From assembly GCA_030141605.1 (NCBI GenBank), contig JAQGDQ010001494.1:1-38197 (forward strand): a stretch of DNA of 38,197 bases. The letters are read 5' to 3'. This document shows positions 29,433 to 38,197 of the stretch, piece after piece. Numbering within the stretch: the first letter of the stretch is position 1; each line of letters starts with the position of its first letter. A model generated the notes under the pieces. The model was given only the letters and a program-made list of their open reading frames with translations, did no database searches and was not told the origin of the DNA. The DNA comes from Tubiluchus corallicola. Lineage: Eukaryota; Animalia; Priapulida. A program made the translations under genes and the position numbers.

Positions 29433-32400
29433 CAATGCAGTACTACACTGAACTTTTTTACAATTTAATCATGTCTACATTAATTGATAAATTCAGATCC
29501 AGAAACGGATTCATTAGACCCAATGGGAATCAGCATGGAACCACACGCGGCTATACCACTAGGCAAACTACACAGTCGCCTAAGGTGCCAAATTATAACA
29601 TATTCCAAAATCCGTAAGTAATTCTTTGATTCTTAAGTTTAGTATAAGTAACAACATACCGTTTGTGTAATTGCTTAACTGCGCAACACTTTAATGAAAT
29701 GAAGCAAACTATAGCTGCATCATCTAAATGTAATTGACACAAGCACAGCTGTGTCTTCAAAACAGCAAAACATTTTACTTTTGCTATACCCTGGTTTTGT
29801 AATATTATGACATTTCATGTAGACATTACCAGTGCATTACCATGTTTTTGCCAACAGTTTATATTGTAAGCACAGAGCAAAGGAGTTAAAAGAAAGGACA
29901 AACCTACTGAAAATTTAGGCTTATTTCAGTATTTGCACGAATGTTGAAAGGATTTTCTAATAAAAGTGCAACAAATGTCTGGTGTAATTAGTAAAATCAC
30001 GTAAAGTCGCGATCAATCCATGCTTTGGCACTCCCATTTTGAACACCCATTTTTCCACCAACGACGAAACTAAAATAATGCATTACTACACAGAACATAT
30101 TTAACAATTTAATCATGTCTACATTAATTTATAGATTTGGACCCATAACCAGGTATACTGCACAACAAACTACACAGTCGCCTAAGGTGCCAAATTATAA
30201 TGTATTCCAAAATCCGTAAGTAATTCTTTGATTCTTAAGTTTAGTATCAGTAACAACATACCGTTTGTGTAATTGCTTAACTGCACAACACTTTAATGAA
30301 ATGAAACAAACTATAGTTGCATCATCTTTATGTCAAAATGTAATTGACACAAGCACAGCTGTGTCTTTAAAACAGCTAAACACTTTACTATGGCTATAAC
30401 CTGGTTTCGTAATTATGACATTTCATGCACACATTACCAGTGCATTACCATGCTTTTGCCAACAGTTTATATTGTATGCACAGAGCAAAGGAGTTAAAGA
30501 AAGGCCAAACCTACTCAAAATTTAGGCTTATTTCAGTATTTGCACAAATGTTGGAAGGATTTTCTAATAAACATGCAATAAATGTCTGGTGTAATTAGTA
30601 AAATCACTTAAAGTCGCAATCAATCCATGCTTTGGCACTCCCATTTTGAACACCCATTTTTCCACCAACGACGAAACTAAAATAATGCATTACTACACAG
30701 AACATATTTAACAATTTAATCATGTCTACATTAATTTATAGATTTGGACCCATAACCAGGTATACTGCACAACAAACTACACAGTCGCCTAAGGTGCCAA
30801 ATTGTAATGTATTCCAAAATCCGTAAGTAATTCTTTGATTCTTAAGTTTAGTATCAGTAACAACATACCGTTTGTGCAATTGCTTAACTGCACAACACTT
30901 TAATGAAATGAAACAAACTATAGTTGCATCATCTTTATGTCAAAATGTAATTGACACAAGCACAGCTGTGTCTTCAAAACAGCAAAACACTTTACTATGG
31001 CTATAACCTGGTTTCGTAATTATGACATTTCATGCACACATTACCAGTGCATTACCATGCTTTTGCCAACAGTTTATATTGTATGCGCAGAGCAAAGGAG
31101 TTAAAGAAAGGCCAAACCTACTCAAAATTTAGCTTATTTCAGTATTTGCACAAATGTTGGAATGATTTTCTAATAAACATGCAATAAATGTCTGGTGTAA
31201 TTAGTAAAATCACTTAAAGTCGCGATCAATCCATGCTTTGGCACTCCCATTTTGAACACCCATTTTTCCACCAACGACGAAACTAAAATAATGCATTACT
31301 ACACAGAACATATTTAACAATTTAATCATGTCTACATTAATTTATAGATTTGGACACATAACCAGGTATACTACACAACAAACTACACAGTCGCCTAAGG
31401 TGCCAAATGTATTCGAAAATCCGTAAGTAATTCTTTGATTCTTAAGTTTAGTATAAGTAACAACATACCATTTGTGTAATTGCTTAACTGCACAACACTT
31501 TAATGAAATGAAACAAACTATAGTTGCATCATCTTTATGTCAAAATGTAGTTGACACAAGCACAGCTGTGTCTTCAAAACAGCAAAACACTTTACTTTTG
31601 TTATACCCTGGTTTCGTAATATTATGACATTTCATGCAGACATTACCAGTGCATTACCATGTTTTTGCCAACAGTTTATATTGTATGCACAGAGCAAAGG
31701 AGTTAAAGAAAGGCCAAACCTACTCAAAATTTAGCTTATTTCAGTATTTGCACAAATGTTGGAAGGATTTTCTAATAAACATGCAATAAATGTCTGGTGT
31801 AATTAGTAAAATCACTTAAAGTCGCGATCAATCCATGCTTTGGCACTCCCATTTTGAACACCCATTTTTCCACCAACGACGAAACTAAAATAATGCATTA
31901 CTACACAGAACATATTTAACAATTTAATCATGTCTACATTAATTTATAGATTTGGACACATAACCAGGTATACTACACAACAAACTACACAGTCGCCTAA
32001 GGTGCCAAATGTATTCGAAAATCCGTAAGTAATTCTTTGATTCTTAAGTTTAGTATAAGTAACAACATACCGTTTGTGTAATTGCTTAACTGCACAACAC
32101 TTTAATGAAATGAAACAAACTATAGTTGCATCATCTTTATGTCAAAATGTAGTTGACACAAGCACAGCTGTGTCTTCAAAACAGCAAAACACTTTACTAT
32201 TGCTATACCCTGGTTTTGTAATATTATGACATTTCATGCAGACATTACCAGTGCATTACCATGTTTTTGCCAACAGTTTATATTGTATGCACAGAGCAAA
32301 GGAGTTAAAAGAAAGGACAAACCTACTCAAAATTTAGGCTTATTTCAGTATTTGCACAAATGTTGGAAGGATTTTCTAATAAACATGCAATAAATGTCTG

Positions 32401-33975
32401 GTGTAATTAGTAAAATCACTTAAAGTCGCAATCAATCCATGCTTTGGCACTCCCATTTTGAACACCCATTTTTCCACCAACGACGAAACTAAAATAATGC
32501 ATTACTACACAGAACATATTTAACAATTTAATCATGTCTACATTAATTTATAGATTTGGACCCATAACCAGGTATACTGCACAACAAACTACACAGTCGC
32601 CTAAGGTGCCAAATTATAATGTATTCCAAAATCCGTAAGTAATTCTTTGATTCTTAAGTTTAGTATCAGTAACAACATACCGTTTGTGTAATTGCTTAAC
32701 TGCACAACACTTTAATGAAATGAAACAAACTATAGTTGCATCATCTTTATGTCAAAATGTAATTGACACAAGCACAGCTGTGTCTTCAAAACAGCAAAAC
32801 ATTTTACTTTTGCTATACCCTGGTTTCGTAATATTATGACATTTCATGCAGACATTACCAGTGCATTACCATGTTTTTGCCAACAGTTTATATTGCGTGC
32901 ACAGAGCAAAGGAGTTAAAAGAAAGGACAAACCTACTGAAAATTTAGGCTTATTTCAGTATTTGCACGAATGTTGGAAGGATTTTCTAATAAACATGCAA
33001 TAAATGTCTGCTGTAATTAGTAAAATCACTTAAAGTCGCAATCAGTCCATGCTTTGGCACTCCCATTTTGAACACCCATTTTTCCACCAACGACGAAACT
33101 AAAATAATGCATTACTACACAGAACATATTTAACAATTTAATCATGTCTACATTAATTTATAGATTTGGACCCATAACCAGGTATACTGCACAACAAACT
33201 ACACAGTCGCCTAAGGTGCCAAATTATAATGTATTCCAAAATTGCTTAACTGCACAACACTTTAATGAAATGAAACAAACTATAGTTGCATCATCTTTAT
33301 GTCAAAATGTAATTGACACAAGCACAGCTGTGTCTTCAAAACAGCAAAACACTTTACTATTGCTATAACCTGGTTTCGTAATTATGACATTTCATGCACA
33401 CATTACCAGTGCATTACCATGTTTTTGCCAACAGTTTATATTGTGTGCACAGAGCAAATGAGTTAAAAGAAAGGACAAACCTACTGAAAATTTAGGCTTA
33501 TTTCAGTATTTGCACAAATTTTGGAAGGATTTTCTAATAAAAGTACAATAAATGTCTGGTGTAATTAGTAAAATCACTTAAAGTCGCAATCAGTCCATGC
33601 TTTGGCACTCCCATTTTGAACACCCATTTTTCCACCAACGACGAAACTAAAATAATGCATTACTACACAGAACATATTTAACAATTTAATCATGTCTACA
33701 TTAATTTATAGATTTGGACCCATAACCAGGTATACTACACAACAAACTACACAGTCGCCTACGGTGCCAAATTATAATGTATTCCAAAATCCGTAAGTAA
33801 TTCTTTGATTCTTAAGTTTAGCGTCAGTAGCAACATACCGTTTGTGTAATTGCTTAAGTGCACAACACTTTAATTAAATGAAACAAACTATATTTGCATC
33901 ATCTTTATGTCAAAATGTAATTGACACAAGCACAGCTGTGTCTTCAAAACAGCAAAACACTTTACTATTGCTATA
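29433..33975 (+). repeat. Tandem array of eight ~605-bp units, each carrying one exon
   Basis: Exon starts recur at 29497, 30135, 30742, 31348, 31950, 32554, 33164, 33712. Units are nearly identical; the seventh has a ~60-bp deletion. Confidence 0.97.
29497..33792 (+). CDS. Symmetric phase-2 exons of the secreted repeat protein: 29497-29613, 30135-30215, 30742-30822, 31348-31422, 31950-32024, 32554-32634, 33712-33792 (33164 copy lacks its donor)
   Basis: Each has AG|A...CC|GTAAGT boundaries, lengths 117/81/81/75/75/81/81 nt, and an open frame continuing exon 1 (FGPITRYTAQQTTQSPKVPNYNVFQNP). The terminal exon was not found. Confidence 0.7.
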
Positions 33976-34331
33976 AACCCAGGAGTAATACGTAACTGAA
34001 CGAAGCATACTGAAGTTACGTATTAAGTATGGTTTTACTTTCCTAAAATTACGAAATGCAACAAAAAATAATTTTGAAAATAATGTGCCTACCAATTAGT
34101 GTAAAATTTAGTTTTAGATGTAGTTTTATTATTTAATGTAATTTGTGATTTTAGACCTAAAAGTAATTTTAGAAGTAAAATCTAATTTAATATATAATGT
34201 ATAATTTAATATATAATGTAGTGTAATATGCATGTGTGATGTTATGTAATAGAGATGTACCTCTCTCTCCTCTCTCTTTTTTTCTCATTCTCTCTCTCCC
34301 TCCCTTGCTTCCTCACTACCTCCCGCCCACC

Positions 34332-34754
<423 letters not shown>

Positions 34755-35158
34755 TCTGTGATGTAATGTATAATGTAAAGTAGAAACTTTAACTGTAGAC
34801 AGTAATGTCAAAAATTATTTTTGTGAATAGAATACTGACAACTAAAAGAGACAGGAAAATCTTTACTTCATCTTCTCCTTTTCTTGACAGCTTTTATTCT
34901 GATTTTATTGTTTTATATGCAGAATGTACTTTTATAAGAGCGTGTGCAAATTTGTGTGTATTATTGAATAATTTTAACTCATTGAATAAATAAAATTGTA
35001 ACTACGAAAAAATAACTAGGAATATTGTTCCATTAGTATTATAAGAATATTATTCTAAATAACATCTTCATCTTGGTTTGCATATATTGGTCGATTTTCA
35101 GCTGATTTTTGGAAGCCAAGTTTTACTCTAGTTTTACTCGCTTGTTATTTTTTTGCAG

Positions 35159-35625
35159 ACGTATAACACAGATAAACAAGTAGCAGACGTAGATCAGCTT
35201 TTCACCGTGATAAAGTTAAATATATGGTTAGGTGAACATGTATGTTAGCAGATTGCAACGTGACAATGCGTAGCAAAATTAAAAAAATTACTGGCCGGAG
35301 TTTGTATAAATGACAAATAGTAAATTTATTATTTACAATTTTTTGATTTATCTAGGTCGAATTTTTTTTGCAGAGGGATTCCGCAGGTATGTTTTGATTA
35401 TCTGCCAATGCCAATTTTATATTTGCAGAAAAAAAAAAGCTGGGCTATGCGCGCTATTTACCGGAGAGCAGGTTTGAACGTTGAACAATTTTGCTTTTGT
35501 AAATTTCACACATTGTAGAAGGGTAAGTCTATATATGTATATGTTATTTCACTTCGCCTTTCTATTTCTCAGTTGGGACTGGGACGCCTGCTCTTGCCGC
35601 TCATTTATAGATTTAGGCAAATGTA
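35159..35625 (+). pseudogene. Degraded mirror copy of the two alkaline phosphatase exons
   Basis: TTTTTTGCAG|ACGTATAACACAGATAAACAAGTAGCAGAC (TYNTDKQVAD) is exact, then only fragments remain (GCTTTTCAC, GGTAAGTCTA, GGGACTGGGA, TTGCCGCTCA.TTATAGA). Possibly a sequencing artefact. Confidence 0.7.
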
Positions 35626-36477
35626 TCGCTATGTTATAGTGTTTCTGAGTTCGGTCTAGAACTCTATTTTTGTCTAACAGAAACAGACGGAGACGCAAGA
35701 AATTTCCAAATTGTTCAACTCAAATTTTTTATATACCAATTTAACATCGTTTCGTAGCTTAGTTGTGCCGGAGTAAAAATCTGTAAATTTAAACTTCAGT
35801 ATCGATGACCGTTAAAGGGCTTTGTTTTCGTTTCATTTTTGGTTTTTTGAAAGTTTAGATGCGCTTTTCGGTAATTGTATTATTCGTAGTTATTAAAATT
35901 TTTAATTTACTGACACACAAAAATACGTTTTGTTATACTCCTGACGGTGAGCCGTTTTTTTTGTTCGTTTTTTTAGAGTTAGTCAGTTACACACAGTGTA
36001 GATGTGTGTGCTGAAGGAGGCACGGTGGGGACAACATTGCCTTCCGAAGTTTGTGTGTAGTGACGTCATGTAATGACGACTTCGGAACAGTATTGTGGGA
36101 GATTGAAAATGAAAACAGACAAAAATTCCTTTCAACGCGACAACGATACATGTACATAAAATTGCTGTAAAGTTTTTAAGGCCATTTTTCTGAAACCTAC
36201 TTCAGGTACCCCTTTTCTTGTCTTTTTTAATGCCTATGATGCAGTAAGTCGACTGGCGATTGGCGATCGTGCTCAGCGATCATGTCTAGCGACTGCGGCA
36301 AGAGATATATATATTTTCGTATGTATGATGAGTCACGTTCATAAAATACAGATGTTCACAATCAAATCTTGACAGTTAGTCACTTCTTGTACAATTCCGT
36401 TCGATTGTTTAAAAAGTAATGTTAAAATCTCATTAAAGTGTTTATAATCTTATTGTCTTAGCTTAGCAAATCAGAAA

Positions 36478-37140
36478 AAGAAAAGGGGTACCTGAAGTAG
36501 GTTTCAGAAAAATGGCCTTAAAAACTTTACAGCAATTTTATGTACATGTATCGTTGTCGCGTTGAAAGGAATTTTTGTCTGTTTTCATTTTCAATCTCCC
36601 ACAATACTGTTCCGAAGTCGTCATTACATGACGTCACTACGCAAACATAAATCAGAGGAAGAAAAGGCAATGTTAAATTATGTCCCAAAAAATTTTCCGT
36701 GCGAATCTATATCACTTAGTATTTCGCTTACCTGCTGGAAAGACTTGTGTAACTAGACTAATAATTTAAAAAGCTTGTGCCAATTGGTAAAATGTCGCTG
36801 GCTCACCCTCCAGGGTGCGCCACTCACTAGCCAAAAACGTATTTTTAATCTTATTGACAAGATCAGTAAATTAAAATTTTACTTAACTAGCAACATGTAT
36901 GCTACGAATGCTCTAATTATTTTTTCAAACTTTACCCAGTGTTATCTAAACCTGTTTCAAAAACCAAATATCAAAATGGCTGCTGCACCTAACGGTCATC
37001 GTGCAAGTTTAAATTTACAAGTTTTATACAGCGTTTTGGCTGACGCAGGCCCTGTATGCAAAAAGGCAGTATTTAAGTGGTATAAAAATTTGAGACGAAT
37101 TTTTTAAAATTTATGTAAGCGGGGGGGGGGTTCTTGCGCT
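36478..37140. mobile_element. Second, left-truncated copy of the TTAA-flanked element
   Basis: Colinear with ~27236-27868 (e.g. AAGAAAAGGGGTACCTGAAGTAGG, CTCCAGGGTGCGCCACTCACTAGCCAAAAAC); ends TTCTTGCGCT|TTAA. Confidence 0.8.
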
Positions 37141-37228
37141 TTAAACGTCTCCGTTATAAAAGAGCAAGACCAAAGCTAGAGTTCTAAACCAGTTTTTACT
37201 CAGAAACACTTATAGTAACATAACGTAC

Positions 37229-37398
37229 ATTTAAATTTTTGCCCGGCTCGTCGTCTATAAGCTGAGCGGCAATGTCTTTGCAAGCTTCTGGCATTTCAGA
37301 CGTGTCATACTCCCAGTCCCTGTCAGCTGAATGAGCATAGAGGGGAGCAGGTGACGCATGCGTAACCCTCATACTCGTTACCAGCCCTGTAGACTTAC
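37229..37398 (-). CDS. ALP: Alkaline phosphatase internal exon (not in ORF track)
   Basis: TTGTAG|...|GTACGT; translates (G)[56 protein letters not shown], with the THASPA and HSADR.W motifs of metazoan alkaline phosphatases; phase matches the preceding exon. Confidence 0.93.
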
Positions 37399-37718
37399 CT
37401 ACAATTATAATGGGGAAATACGTTTAAAGAAGCAGAATTTAATTGTTCAAACGTTCAAACCACTCATAAGGATAACCTTAAATCATTGATTTCTCCGGCA
37501 AACCATTAAAATCAGCGCATGCGCATTTTAGCACGACATCTGGTTACTCTTCTGCAATATAAAATTGGCATTGGCGTAAATATGGTTGAACAAGGCTTAT
37601 AGATCATGCGCGTTGCATTCACGAATCCGCGTCACCTAACATCCGAGCCTGTAGGCTTAAGCTAGTAGTAAAAATTACTTAATTATTGTAAATAATAAGC
37701 TTACTAATCAGTAATTAC

Positions 37719-37893
37719 CTGCAGCCTGAGCCCAATCTGCAATACAATTTACTTCTGCATTTAATGCTGATTCACAATCTCCTCTGTTTGCTGTATCGTT
37801 CACACCTATTACTCCATATTTTGCTTTAACTCCACAGTGAAAAGCAGTCGCTGTACCGGCTGAGTCTGCTACTTGTTTATCTGTGTTATACGT
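37719..37893 (-). CDS. ALP: Alkaline phosphatase active-site exon (175 nt)
   Basis: TTTTTTGCAG|...G|GTAATT; TYNTDKQVADSAGTATAFHCGVKAKYGVIGV... contains the catalytic-serine signature V.DSAGTATA..CGVK. Confidence 0.95.
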
Positions 37894-38197
37894 CTGCAAA
37901 AAAATAACAAGCGAGTAAAACTAGAGTAAAACTTGGCTTCCAAAAATCAGCTGAAAATCGACCAATATATGCAAACCAAGATGAAGATGTTATTTAGAAT
38001 AATATTCTTATAATACTAATGGAACAATATTCCTAGTTATTTTTTCGTAGTTACAATTTTATTTATTCAATGAGTTAAAATTATTCAATAATACACACAA
38101 ATTTGCACACGCTCTTATAAAAGTACATTCTGCATATAAAACAATAAAAACAGAATAAAAGCTGTCAAGAAAAGGAGAAGATGAAGTAAAGATTTTC

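Larger units (their letters stand above)
34855..38197. repeat. Right-end fold-back inverted repeat: arms 34855-36219 and 36478-38197, 258-bp spacer
   Basis: 34855-35188 = revcomp 37864-38197 (334 bp, one mismatch seen); 36057-36219 = revcomp 36478-36640; the intervening left-arm sequence is a deletion-riddled copy. Confidence 0.93.

Noticed and set aside
29433-33975. CRISPR-like or cassette array (also considered for the 17-, 21- and 52-bp repeats)
   Set aside because: Units are contiguous near-identical copies with no unique spacers, no cas or integrase genes, and the context is spliceosomal and eukaryotic.

Overview
AT-rich animal (probably invertebrate) nuclear DNA; the species cannot be told from the sequence. 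Genes: (1) a 9-kb uninterrupted minus-strand ORF for a ~3000-aa protein with ~33 C2H2/C2HC zinc fingers and a long low-complexity middle carrying a 7x repeated basic motif; (2) an intronless secreted Cys-rich LDLa/TSP1-like protein; (3) a plus-strand secreted-protein gene built from a signal-peptide exon plus eight tandemly duplicated ~605-bp exon+intron units, in which exon sequence has diverged far more than the adjoining intron; (4) two alkaline phosphatase exons at the right end. Mobile DNA: a hAT MITE (8-bp TSD), two pogo-type TA-TSD elements, a TTAA-flanked Kolobok-like element (two copies), a 5S rRNA-headed SINE (10-bp TSD), an internally deleted RTE retroelement (16-bp TSD) whose 5' end begins at the cleavage site of a damaged twister ribozyme, and LINE fragments. 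There are also 17-, 21- and ~52-bp tandem repeats and a compound microsatellite. Both ends of the window fold back on themselves, each with one degraded arm. This looks like an amplification/long-read artefact, and if so the alkaline phosphatase exons really lie on the + strand. All alignments and counts were made by eye.
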